This document shows positions 1-12,895 of a stretch of 64,000 bases of DNA, piece by piece. Every line of letters starts with the position of its first letter. Position 1 is the stretch's first letter. The notes under the pieces were generated by a model. The model searched no databases and was not told the DNA's origin. It saw only the letters and a list, made by a program, of their open reading frames with translations. The translations under genes and the position numbers were made by a program. Source of the stretch: Podarcis bocagei (taxonomy: Eukaryota). The stretch lies in the NCBI GenBank assembly GCA_964188305.1, contig OZ076885.1, one strand, 5' to 3'.

Positions 1-1679
1 TGTGCTCATACTACCCACAACAATGTTTACTGGTGATCAGTCAGTGGAACAAACCAGAAATATCATCTCCAGACAGAATTAAAATAGTCCTTATTTATCA
101 ATGTGACCAAAATAATAATAATCACCCCACTGCTTTTGGAGCTCTTGGCTCCCCCCTTTTGTTTTTAATAACCTAAATCATTTGGTACAATCATCAGCAA
201 ACCTGGTGAACTTTTTAAGGGCCTTTGAAGTAGTGGGGAAAGAGCAAGGGAAGAGAAGTTTTACTTCATAGTTGTTCCAGGGAGAAGTTTGAGGAATAAG
301 GGAAAGCAAGAAAGAATGCCAGATTTATCGACATACTTCTGGACCAAATTCATGCAGTGGTGTTCTGTCAGAATTTTAAAGAAAGTAACACTTTTCTTTT
401 GGCAGTAGCAACCAGAATTCTGGAGCTCGCAGGAAAAACAAGACTTCCCCCAGGTTATGACAACAAAGCTTGAGATGCTCTGATTCTGAAGAAATGGATA
501 TAATTAAAGCTGGTGGCCAGTTCACACAGACACCTGCACCTGCACAGGACTTAACCCAGAGGACCTTTGGATGTTGCTGAACTACAACTCCCATCAGGCC
601 AAGCAAGCATGGACAATGGGCAGGGATTATGGGAGTTGCAGTTCAGCAAACCTCTGGAAGGCCAAACTATCTGACCTAACCCAAAGGCAGGAAAGTCAGC
701 ATATACTTGGGGAGTTTTTAATAGATATCAAGCAGATTGTTTGCTCAGTTTATTGTGCAACAGTTGGAATAATATCTTATCGAGAGGAGTGACTGTAAAG
801 ATCATTATTAACTGAGAAAGATAGAGCCACTTCATTCCTATTACTTGGCAGCTTGAACAGACACAGACATTGTAGAAACAAATGTAGAAATATACCAGGG
901 TGAGCCAAAATGAGACCTTCCACGCACTGGTATTATGTCAAAGAACTCACACAACCTGCTCCCTCACCAGAAAATTGCAGTTTTAAATAACTTTTAAAAG
1001 AGTGGGGAAAACCAGGGCTCAAGATGATCTGGTTACAGCATTCTCTGACCTAATCCCTAGTGTGCAGAGACTTTGTAGTTCCTCAGTAGTGAGTGAAAAG
1101 AAACTGTGCTTTCTTACCTTCATCTATGTTTACTTGGTATGTCTCAAGGTTGAGCCCTGGCACACATTAAAGTACCAAGCATAAGCACATTTGCTGAAGT
1201 CCAGCAGAACGTTCATGCAATGCCCCTTGAAAGCCAGGCCAATATTCTTGGCTTCATGTAACAGAGATAAGGACTGACGCTGGAGGAATAGTGACTTGCG
1301 CAAGGCCATCCAGTGAGTTCATGTGGTGAGGTTTGAACTGAGGATCAAACATCCAAGCTCACAGCTCATTCTTTTAATGAGTACAAGCCGTTCCCTTCCC
1401 TTGTGGTTGCTTCATGACGATGAATCTGCTCAGCACCTTTAATCAACAGCTGAGGTCCTCTTTTAGGACCCCTCTGCCATCTAAAATAAAGTAGATGTGA
1501 ACCTGAGAGAAGGCCTTTTCAGTTCTAGCACCCAGTGTTTAGAACAGCCTCTTGAAGAGATGCTAAATCAACATACCTATATGTTGATAAGCTACCTTGT
1601 GTACTGCAGCCTAACAAAACGGTGGGGTAAACATTTTTTAACATTTCTAGATCTATTTCTAAGGATAATCATAGGCAAG

Positions 1680-2115
1680 TGTCAGGGAACTGACATCGGA
1701 GCGAGAGGCGAAGGGGAGGCTCCCAGATGATGCTGGCGAAGGACCCAGCAGCAGGGGGAGAAACAGCTCAGGAGAGGGGGAAGCCAATCAGTGCAACACC
1801 AGGGATAAAGGGGGGCAGACGGGGGAATTGGAGAGAGGGCTCCAGGACTCTTCACTGGACATCAGTGAGGAGAGCCCAGGTCCTCCGCTACCCACGCCTT
1901 CCCTGCGCAGAAGACTCCCGCGCAGTGAGAGGAGGAGGAGACTGGGTGTCAAACAACTTTTATGTTGGAAGAGGTTCAAGAAATGCCCACTGACGGATTC
2001 TGCCAGTGACTGAGGCAGCCACAATGAGAAGGGGCTGTGCAGTCAGAAAGGTTTAACAAGGCAAATTAACCGAGAAAGGCACCAGTTTACGCACGAGTAA
2101 CTCATACCTATTACA
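1680..2115. mobile_element. Solo LTR (436 bp)
   Basis: Begins TGTCA and ends TTACA. Perfect 5-bp TSD GCAAG at 1675-1679 and 2116-2120. GC/CpG richer than the flanks. Confidence 0.8.
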
Positions 2116-4770
2116 GCAAGCGATCTAAACTGAGAGTTTAGTAGCTACAGAATTAAGAAACATCCAAGGATTGGTGCCCAGTAACAAAGAATTGCAACAT
2201 GCATGGTGTGTTTACTGCCTCTACAGAGACTCCTAATCCGACACTGGAAAAAGGGGGAGATGTTCTGTACTAGGCACTCTATATGCTTATCAGCACCATA
2301 ATTAATCACATCTGCTTTGCAGAGAGTTTCCCTGTCAAAAGACCCCATGAAAAATCCACAACATCCACCATGAGTCACATGAGGCTGGAGGAGCTGTGAG
2401 GGAAGATTAAAACTAAGGCCCATGGAGTCGGATGTTCCCTGATCACGTCAAATTTGTATTTCAAAGCCATTTTCGGAATGGACAGTTTTCTGGCCTTTGT
2501 TTCTGTGTGTAGGTGAAAAGGAGTAAAGGGAGGGGGAGCGGACCACTGCTTAGGGGAACCTTTTGTTTGCTATTCATAACCTCCTGTTACGATGGATTTC
2601 AAAAGGTCATGAATAGTTTGTGGAAATTAAAAGCAGGGGGGAGGGTTTCCAAACAACACACCCTCTCTCTCAAGCTGTGCTTATTGCTGTATTAGCCTCA
2701 CCCTTTCAGGGGATTATAAGGCTTCTGAAAAGATTAACCTTTTAACATAATTCAATAACAAAACACAAGCAGGGGTGCCCAGGTGAGGCCTGCTTTTCCA
2801 ATGCCCCTTCCCCACCTCAGAGGATTAACGTTTTAACATTAGAAACTAGAGCACTCTGTTTCTGGAAGCACTCTATCCTTCTTGAGAGCTGTTTTCTTCG
2901 TTCTCAAGCACATATGTTATAGATTACCACTGACCTCACTCCCAAGTCTGCACGCTTAGCACATCATAACCCAATGTACTTGCTTTCCCACTGGTGGGAA
3001 GTGGGAAGTGAGACTGTGGCCCAGAGCCCTCCATGTGCTGTTGGAATCTCCCTCAGGATCTCTGGAATATCTTCATACTTTCCTGGCTCTCCAACTCATC
3101 AAAACAAATGCAGAGCCTGTAAGCATTTCTGCCTGACACTTTTTAACACGCCATGCAGACAAAACAGCTTGGGATATATACATATGCCAAGTATAGCATG
3201 TGGTCTAAGGCGAAATGTGTACAGATTGGGCAAGAGAAGCCTGTATCTGCTAGTCAACCATCTCTGCACACCATTCCTTGCTGCTTTTTAAAAATATCGA
3301 CAGATATGGGAATCCAAAAACCCTGCAGCACTATGGGCTCATCCAGACTTCCTTTCATGCTATGCTTTCAAGGCACAGGTCCTGTGCTTTAAAGCTCCAT
3401 GTCTGAAGAAGGGTGGTTGGTTTTTTTGTCCCAGAGCTTTCTCTGGGAAACCCATCCTTTACCACTGAATCAGAGCAAACAGCAGTGCAAATGGCAGTGA
3501 GCACAAGCTCAAGGGTTTTTGAACCTGTGGCATGCCTATTGCTGAGGGCAACGTGGAACCACCAACTAATCATAACATGACTAGAAGACCTGCATACCAA
3601 TCCGCGTAACACATTGGTGACAGCTATACTAATAGCAGCAGCAAGTACAAGGATTCAAGCAAGAATAATCTCAGGGATAAAAGGAAAGGAGTGAATTGTT
3701 TCACGTAGGCAGCTGTTCTTTGAAGATAAATGACAGCATCCTGGAGAACTATTACTTGTTGTTCCTTGTTGCTTTATTCTAGTCAGGTCAGATAGCCTAG
3801 GAATGGAGGGATTAGAACAATAGTTAAATCTCAACTTTCACTTGGGCTGAACAAATTGCTGCACCCCTCAGACTGGCATTGGTGATGGCCATTTATTATG
3901 GATAAGTAGGCAAGACCAGAGGGACAAGGAAGCAGGGGGAGGGGAGGAGTACCAATTATGCTTGCTTTAGGAACTTATTCATTTTGCATTTGATAATGAT
4001 AAAGTTGCACATATTCTTGCAGCAGTGCGGATCAACGATTACAAGCAGCCCCTCCCCTTTTCAGTGTCCTGTAATTGCCTGTTGCCATATGCTTGTTTTC
4101 AACTGCACAGAAACAGAGGAAACAAAAAGCCACCCCAGCCTGTTGGAAATGTCACGGTAGGATGCTGTTTGTTTTGAAAAGCAGCCGTTCAGGGCTGCAA
4201 GCCAAGGCAAAGCTGGCCTTGGCCACAGCAGCACCTATCAAGGAGCACAAGGCTTTATCACAGGGCCATGAGAAAGGACACAGCACCGGAGCCACTTGAC
4301 AGGATCACTGAGAGTTCTAAGCAGCATTGTTTAATGCCCTTTACCTCCTCCCCAACTGGTCACCCGATGGGCCTGCAAAGCAGCCCTCAAAGATAATATT
4401 TACCCAGCAAAAACAAACTTTGACATACCAATACCAGGAGAAATATATGAGTTCAGGTAGGAGTGCCTTGGCTGCCTGTGGAATTTATTTCCTCTTTCCT
4501 TATTAGCTGCTTCAAGATTTTAACTGGAGCCTGAATGGATTTTTAAAAACACTCTTAGGCTCATGGAGGTGACTGAAACAAGGCCATTTACGGAACACAA
4601 ATCATTGCAGAAATCCCTTCTAAGAATCAAAGATCACACAGGAAGAGCAAAGGTAAAACGGTACATTGCTAAGTCAAATGGGAGCTGGTGATCTTGGAAA
4701 AGCTGAGAACAAGCTTTTCTCAACCCCCTTTGGATTACATGCAGATATATAGGACTATAAAATGCATCCA

Positions 4771-4772
<2 letters not shown>

Positions 4773-4828
<56 letters not shown>
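4773..4828. repeat. (TC)28 microsatellite
   Basis: Seen directly in the sequence. Confidence 0.98.
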
Positions 4829-4837
<9 letters not shown>

Positions 4838-7800
4838 GTGCAGTGCTTTTTTTCTTAAAAGAAAAGTTTAGGGGGACTCTCATTTTCCTGCTCATATTAA
4901 AATACTGCCCCTCAATGAGGCCAAACTTAGATTCACAAAATGTTTAGGGGTATGCTGTGTCCCCCCAGAAAAAAGCACTGTACGTATTTACATACATACA
5001 CACATAAACAAACAAACAATTGTTTCCAAGGCTCACAGAATTAATGCTTTATCTTGGTTTTGCATGAATCCAAACTATCCATTGGGAGGTATACAATATG
5101 CAAAACACACCACTTGACATCATGTTCTGGCCAGATTTGCATCCTTCAGTAGCACCTGCTGTAAAGCTAGACTATTAGCTGCTGCAAGAAGATTTCTCTT
5201 ACAGTTAAGTGTCTGTAATGCCAAGGGTTGCATGAGAGCCCCAGGAGTCTAGGATGCAGTCTAGGAATCATTTTACCACCACTGTTTGTGTGAGCTAGGC
5301 CTAGGTTTCGAACATCACACATACCCTTGTTGTCTCTAAGAGCATGGAATTGGTAGGATACCTAGTGGTCCTTTAATTGAACTTCCTGCCCCAAGGCAGT
5401 CTTTCCTGAAACAACTCTGATATCTCAAGTCCTATAATTTCTGCCTCATATACTTTTGGACTTCTTGTGGCAGCCTGCTCAGAATGTTCCTCTGTAGGGA
5501 GAATCAAGTCCTGATGGGCAACTGTGTGTAAGGATACTTGGGAATGGGGCTTGTACTCAAGAGTCTTAGATCACTATTCGAAGTTAATCCAAGTTGCAAT
5601 GTCATTATTCTCCCTCATGTACGGATGAAAAGAAATGGTTTTATTGAGAGCATGGGGGGTAGAACAGAAAAAGAAAGCCAAGCAGGAAATATGAGTTCAA
5701 TGAGATGCATGCAAATATATGAATCTCAGGAACTCAAAACAGGCCACACATGCAAATATAATCTCTTCGGCAAATGGATTTTGGTCGGTTTTCCTTGAAA
5801 AATAACAAGTACTTGTTTGTCTCTTCTCTTCATCAAGGAGCTCATTTGCTTCCATTTAATGTTGAAAAGAATATGCTCTCACCCTTTGTCCATTTTATTA
5901 ATGTAACATGGGGGCAGAGAATCACCCAGTGACATGAAAAGGGTCTCTGGAAGGAAATTAAATTATCTGCACTTTGATGCTCCCTTTCAACTTCAAATAA
6001 TAGATATACAGGATTAATCCCTTCAATTTCCTGACTGATCAGCTGATGGGTCTGCAAAACAGTCCTCAAAGACAATATTTACCCCCTATATCAATGTTCC
6101 GTTGGGAAGCATATGAATGTAAAGCTCTGATCCCCAATCGTGTTCTGAGCACTCTCACAAACCTAAAAATTCTCAGTTTTCTGTAAGAAGAAGTCTTTAA
6201 TATGGTCGTGGAGAAGTGGCTTTTATCCTTTAAAAAGGAACAAGCACTAACAAAAGCTGCAATATGGGGACACATATACAAAGCTGCATTATAGCAAGTT
6301 AAACCATCTAGCAGAGTCTATCTAGCAGAGAACCAACAAAACCATTGCACTTCTTCTAGCTCAACATAGCCACACCCTTCCCCCAGAGCGTCCATTAAAG
6401 TGTTCTGTTGCACAGTTCTCCACCGCCCATGAGTCATGTCAGGCACTTTGGAATGAACCGCTATAATGGGTTACGAAGGGAGAGCTGCTGTCAAACACTC
6501 CACACCTGGCTAGAGTGAAAACTCATCACGCTAGGCAGACTGGGCAGCAGGAGAACCCAGATCTAACAGGAAAAAAGTAAAGCTTTATTATACCAGTAAC
6601 CCAAGACAACTGCTATCAAAATCAAAAATTTGGGCTCCAATGAACACAACTCCCAGTGTCAACACATCTTCCCATTTACTTCACTGGAATGGGCAACGTC
6701 ATGAAAGAGGGTAGAGGAGTGCCACATGCACAATGGAAGCAGGCGCACCTGCAAAGAATTGATGCAACAGAATGGCAGCCACTGAGAATTGTTATTACAC
6801 AAGTTCAAGTGACGTCATTTGGGGGTTGTGTGACCTCAGTGATTGGTGGACTTTATATTTGGTGCAGGGGATCAGGCAGTCAAAATGTGTAGCACACAGA
6901 ATGAAAATGTCACCAAGAACTCACAGGACTGATGCCATGACAAGATGTGGAGTGCTTAATGGGGCAGAAAAAACAGCGTCAAACACTCACTACAGGTCTT
7001 TGAAGTTGGGTGTGCTAAGCTCATACCTGAATGCTCTGACAGCTCTACCATTTTCTCTCTCCCCCCCTTAACAATATCTAAAGCCCAACCAGGCTGTAGT
7101 GATTAAATCATCAAGAAAAAGGCTGATAAAAGTTAGTTTTTATTTAACTGATACTTTGGCATATATTTTCTTAACAATGGAGCACATCTGACCACTCTGT
7201 TAATTTACAACTAATTGAGTAATAATAAGCTTTGTTTTCCTTTGCTACACTATATGCATTGTTCATTCTTTCCTATTTTTTAACCTATGGAGGAGATACA
7301 GTATTTGTACATAACACTCAGTCTTGGCTTATTTGATCCAATGAACTTCACAGCAGAAATACTATTGTGAGGATGCTGACATTCTTCTCAGCATATCCAG
7401 CCAGTTATCCAGAGCAAGGACATAGAAGAGGAATAAGAAGAAGAAAAAATATTGCAAATGCAAGGCCTCATCCATTCCATGTGAGCATTACACTCATGCT
7501 TCCTAAGTTTCCTTCTGGAAGTGCTTATCAGTTCAAATAAATTTACTTTAAAGGAGCTGGGATTTGCAGGTAAACTAACAATCCACACCTGTGACAATGG
7601 CCTCGAAGAGCTTTCTCCAAACCATGAATGTCAGCAAAACAAACTCCACATCAACACCACCATAATTCAACATAAAGTTAATCATGCTCTATCCCACTGA
7701 AGTCAATGCTTTTAAGTATGATTAAGTTGGACTGGTTCCTGCATGTTATTTACAGTTCAGTTAAAGCTGCAAGCAGGGCACACTTTCCAGGAAGCAAATG

Positions 7801-8874
7801 CTACTGAATAAATGAAACAATAATTTATTATCTCTATCCCATTCTTCAACTTCCACACCCAAGTACTCAACCTGATGGGACACTTCTTACAAAAATGCTT
7901 AAAATTGCAATGGTGGGGGGAGGGAAATACTGTGCCAACAAAACAATGTCTCCTGCTATACAAGACAATTTAAACAGCACAAAGTTTCTGTTCTTGATAA
8001 TAGGTCTTACGCAAATAGGAACCTGTCTTAATTGATACCCTGATTTTTCTATCCTTTGGTCTCAAAATTACATTGTCCTCTTTTCAATTGTTAAGAATCC
8101 CCATTCCATGTGTTAACAGAGAGAAGAAAGATGGCTCATGGAAATTTGGAGCTTCTTTCTATACCCCAAGTGGCTGTTCATTCTGCTACTCCTTTGGTCC
8201 GTATAGACTGCTCCATCTATCTGCAATCCCAATTCCTAATTATCCTCATTCCTTAAGGGCCTAAAACTGCCCTTGTTCCCGACACCAAGCATGCAGCAGT
8301 TGAGTTTCTACAGCTGCTGCAACAACACCACACTCTTACAATAAAGTTGAAGCTACCCTCAGGCAACTATATAATACTAAGAGCAGACCTGTGTAAAAGT
8401 TACATGGGACTTACCAGCTTGAGCCCTGGGTTCAAATCTCAACTCGAAGAGCAGAATTTGTGAAAGGCTCCACTTTTCTACCTGTACAGGGGAGCAATAG
8501 AGAAACCCGTGAACACCTTGTGTCAGATATCCAACCACAATCAATCAGCACAGCTGTTATGACAACTGATAATTACTCCTACGGTGCTTAAAATGCCAAG
8601 ACAAGAGTTTCTAATTCCTTATTGAAATGAGTCATAAGTTATTACTGATAAGAGTGGTTGCATCAGAGGTCATTAACTGGGTCATTGTTAAGGTTCTGTG
8701 CCCGTAACAGTGACATAAGCAGCAGAAATTAAACACTACAGTGATGGGGGAAACTGTACCTGTTACATTTCTGTCTGCAATGTACTAAGGGTTGCAGAAT
8801 CTCTTATAGGAAGAAGATGTAGCAACACTATGGGGACGCATGCTACCACACATGACAATACTCTTAGGACTATA

Positions 8875-9116
8875 CAGTGCTACCTCTGGTTACGAACTTA
8901 ATTCGTTCTGGAGGTCCGTTCTTAACCTGAAACCGTTCTTAACCTGAGGTACCACTTTAGCTAATGGGGCCTCCTGCTGCCGCTGTGCCGCCACCGCGCA
9001 ATTTCTGTTCTCATCCTGGGGCAAAGTTCTTAACCCGAGGTACTACTTTCAGGTTAGCAGAGTCTGTAACCTGAAGTGTTTGTAACCTGAGGTGTATGTA
9101 ACCCGAGGTACCACTG
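8875..9116. mobile_element. Tc1/mariner (Tigger/pogo-like) MITE, copy 1
   Basis: TIRs resembling CAGTGGTACCTCGGGTTAC, TA on both sides, four related copies in the window. Confidence 0.9.
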
Positions 9117-9799
9117 TAATTATAAACACATACACAAACACCTATCTGGTCTTGCTCATATGCCTTTACACTTAACTTTAGCAGGCGACACATTTCCCAT
9201 TATGCTTCTTTCCACACCAGGAAAAGCACCACCTGCCAAACTTCAGTGTCTCAGGCAGCTCTTGAGAGGCAACAACTGCAGTGAAGAACAATGCAAGAGT
9301 TTGACACCTGCAGTTTTCTCAGCACTGAACCGCATCCATTGCAGCTCCACCTGATGAAATTCTTCCTGTCACTGCACAAGAACTATGCCAGCGGATTTTT
9401 TTTATTTTTTTTTAAGATAGCAGGTTCAGGAGGGCTTTGCTAAAGAACCACATTACGCATTTTAGTTTTTAAAATGTGGTTATAAACAAAATAACTATAT
9501 AAAGTCACCATCTTATCGTCTAAGATTGCACTGAAGAAGTGGCTCTGTGTTCACAAAACCTCATTATCAGTTTGTTAGCGTTTATTAACACAACTAAGAT
9601 GCCACAAGAATCTTTAACGTGTTTGCTAAAAGAGAATGAAAACAGCTGACTCTAGAAATCTCATCGGGGAGAGGAGCCACGTAAGTAAGTGAGGTGGGTG
9701 GCCCAACACCATAAGCTTTCGTGGAATTTTCTGTCAGCCGATTAGGACGCATTCCAGCCACTGAAGGCTCCGGATACCTCAAAAGGAAGCCTTCTACAG

Positions 9800-11350
9800 C
9801 TCAATAATCACATCCTTTCGCAAGTAATACCGACGCATTCCTTCCAATGGCCATTATCGGCAAGCCTTTCGGGGGCGTCGCCTCCCAGCTACCTGTCCGC
9901 AGGTCCAGGCAGACCACAGATGGGGCTGCAGGTGGGAAGAGTGGTTCCTTTCCGAGGGGAAGCCGCGTTAGCCAGGTGAAGTGCAGCACAAACTCACCTG
10001 GATATGTGTGTGAGACGTAGGTCGAGAGAAACGGCCCCCAAGACCTAATAGCTATCTTCTCAGAAAGGGGGAGGGACCCAAAGTTTCCGATCGCTCCCGG
10101 CGTTACCTTATACCTTTGATCCTGAAGGCACCTGAGAAGAGACGCAGAAGGGAGGGGGAAATTTCTTTTCCTTCGCTGATGTTAAACAAAAGCCCAGCAG
10201 TCCAAAGAGTTGGGATCGATGTGCAAACAGAAAAGAAACAGAGAGAGGCTTTTCTCTTTTTTTTCCCCAACCCGGAAATGCCTGGAGAAGCCGGACTCGC
10301 CAGATGAGGGGGGAGGAAAAGAAAGCAGGGAAACTCTTCGGTCGTTGCTTGAACGTTTTTCTCTCTCCCTGGCGCGCAACGTGTTCGTAGCAGGTGCGGA
10401 GGGGCAGGGCCAGCTACCCTGGGGCTGCTTGAGGGGAAAGGAAGCTCGCCTCGTGGCCAGTTAGAGCCGCGTCCAAGCCTCTTCCTGCTGCTGCTGCTGC
10501 CCCGGGGCCTGCCTCGAGGCGTCGAAGCCGGGCTTGCCGTCCTATAAGCGGCTACTCGCGAGGAAGCCCCGCTGAACTTGGACGGCGCTTCCTGCTGAGT
10601 AGCGCGTGGCTGGGATGAGGCGCTGTCGCGCAAGGCGGGCTGCAGCCCAGCGCGGGCCCCACTTTAGGGGCGCGCGCACGTGCAGGGCCGCGCGAAAAGT
10701 TTGCAGGCGGGTCCCCGCTTTCCTCCTTCTCGGGACCAGCTAGTTGTGAAGCGGAGAGGCTCCAAGGGCCGCGGGCGGGGAATCCTCGCAGCGAAGCCGT
10801 TGGCCGAGCGCGCGAATTAACCTTGACATACCAGCAGCCCCGTCCGCGTCAATGTATTGCTTTTTCCAAGGCCGGGGTGGAAGCGGGGAAGGGGGGGGGG
10901 GAGAGGTTGGGCACAGATATAGCCGCGCTGGTGGCGAAATGCCTGGCTCGATCGAACAGAACAGATCCAGAGGGATTCCAGGCGGAGGAAAGGCAGCGCT
11001 TGGAGACCGCTCGCCACGCCAGGAGCTGCCGCCCTCCCTGTCCGGCGCACGTCTGAAAGTGACGCGGACGGTATGCGGAAGCACTGAAGGGGCAGATAAG
11101 TTAAAAGGGTCTTCCTATGGCTTGCTTCTTCCTAGATGAGTGGCAGCTCCCAGAGCAGCAGCAGGGATCCTGCGGCACCTGAAGACTAACGCATGGGGCT
11201 GCGGCATAACCTGTCGTGGATTGGCCTCCAACCATTAGGACTTTTTGTTCTTTCTTTGAACATACGGCGATCTAGTCCAGCATCCTGTTCGCACAGTGGC
11301 CAACCAGGCGCCTGATACAAACTCGCATGCGGGGCCTGAACACAAGCGCG
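9800..11350 (-). promoter_or_regulatory. CpG island, probable promoter and non-coding first exon of the next gene (CRACR2B by synteny)
   Basis: High GC and CpG density. Minus-strand donors CAG|GTGAGT (9998/9997), TAAG|GTAACG (10107/10106) and AAG|GTATAA (10114/10113). Gene identity is inferred from synteny only. Confidence 0.65.
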
Positions 11351-11621
11351 CTCTCCGCTTCTGCTGCTGATATTCAGAAGCCTTATTGCCTCTTAGAGAC
11401 AGAGCATATCCATCAAGGTTAATAGCCATTGATATCCCCCATGAATTTGTCTAAATTCCATCCATGTTGGTGGCTATCACTGCCTCCTTTGAGAACCATT
11501 TCCTTAACTTAAGGGAATCTGGGGAATCCATGGGAATCTTGCTTACATTTCTTTGACTGTTGTTAGTATCTAGGTCAAGATATCATAGAAGCATGTTACT
11601 TTTTAATGCTACCATCCATGG

Positions 11622-11955
11622 TAATTATTATTATTATTATTTACACTGCACTCTTCTGGCTGGGTTTCCTCAGCCACTCTGGATGGCTCTCAACAGAATA
11701 TTAAAAGCACGATAAAACATTAAAGACTTCCTTAAACAGGGCTGCCTTCAGATGTCTTCTAAAAGTCAGATAGTTGTTTATTTCCTTGACATCTGGTGGG
11801 AGGGCGTTCCACAGGGCGGCCACCACTACCAAAAAGGCCCTCTGCCTGGTACCCTGTAACCTCACTTCTTGCAGTGAGGGAACCGTCAGAAGGCCCTCGG
11901 AGCTGGACCTCAGTGTCTGGGCTAAATGACGGGGGTGGAGACGCTCCCTCAGGTA
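11622..11955 (-). mobile_element. L2 LINE 3' fragment
   Basis: Minus strand encodes YLRERLHP...RAF.VV...LWNALP, typical of the L2 ORF2 C-terminus, then an (AAT)n tail. Confidence 0.8.
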
Positions 11956-12851
11956 CTTTTACGGTGCTTTTATTAAGTCCCCCCCCCTTTCCCCTTTACA
12001 TAATCTTGTGTGTTGTGGCTTTGGTTAACAACACAGGAAAGTCTTTTATGTTGAGTCAGGCCATCTAAGCTGACTGTTGTCTGTACTGCAAGGTAGTGGC
12101 TGTCCAAGGTTTCAGATGGGGGTCTACCTATTTCCAGCCCTACCTAGAGATGTCAGGGATTGAATCTGGGACCTTCTATATAAGTGAAATGTGTGTCCCT
12201 ACCACTGAGCTACAATAAGCATCTCTGGCCGATATATGCACAAAATGGTGAGGCTGGAAAGAGTTTCTTAAATAAGGGGTGCATAGATTTTGCATCTGTC
12301 CCAGATGATGCACTAACAAACCCACGAGTGTCAACTTGGCCAACACAAACACAGGAGAGTCAGATGGGACCAACAAGTCCCTGCACTTTCAGAATTCACA
12401 ACTGGTGATAGCTGCTCTAAACGAGAGGCCAGAATGAAAGGTTTTCTGGATGTCTGTTAAATCAGCAAAGAATCTCAGTGCAAAATACATGGTGAGTTCT
12501 CCTGGATCACCTGGTTTCATGACAGACAGGGCGTAGAAAACTGAGGCAAAGGGTTGGTGAGGAGTCTAGCTGGGCTGGGCGAGTAACAAGCTATGGCTCC
12601 AATTCCTAATGGGCTCCTGAGAATAATTGGCGGCTTCCAAAGGAGTAGTTGTGAGAATGGGATGTCAGGTTAGGGTCACACGAGGCACCTTGGTGTCACC
12701 AAGCTTAGGATACCTCAGGGTCTGCCTTCCATCTTTGGATGGCCAGGCATCTCTCTCCACCTCTCCCCCCAAGCTGACTGCATTAAACAAGTTCAGCTTT
12801 CAATAGAAAGCACCACGTGATTACAGCTGCCAAGCCCAGGGGGTACGAATT

Positions 12852-12895
12852 AAAACACACACACCCCAGTTCACATTTTTAGGAATTATTTTATT
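12852..12895 (-). terminator. Probable PNPLA2 polyadenylation signal, implying a 3'UTR of about 5.2 kb
   Basis: AATAAA on the minus strand at 12890-12895, followed about 25 nt downstream by a GU-rich element GGGGTGTGTGTGTTTT (12852-12867). Confidence 0.6.

Noticed and set aside
1118-1279. Possible minus-strand exon (CCTCCAG| ... AAG|GTAAGA) as a CRACR2B coding exon
   Set aside because: The ATG-initiated frames I translated hit stops within the segment, and there is no EF-hand similarity.
6810-6817. Full CRE palindrome TGACGTCA, plus scattered AP-1 (TGAGTCA) and FoxO (GTAAACA, e.g. 55146-55152) motifs
   Set aside because: Short motifs that can occur by chance in 64 kb. Cannot be supported without conservation or chromatin data.
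10103-11139. Several long ORFs (up to 176 aa) in the left CpG island
   Set aside because: Low-complexity R/P/G/S products expected from stop-poor GC-rich DNA, mostly non-ATG starts, no recognisable domain.
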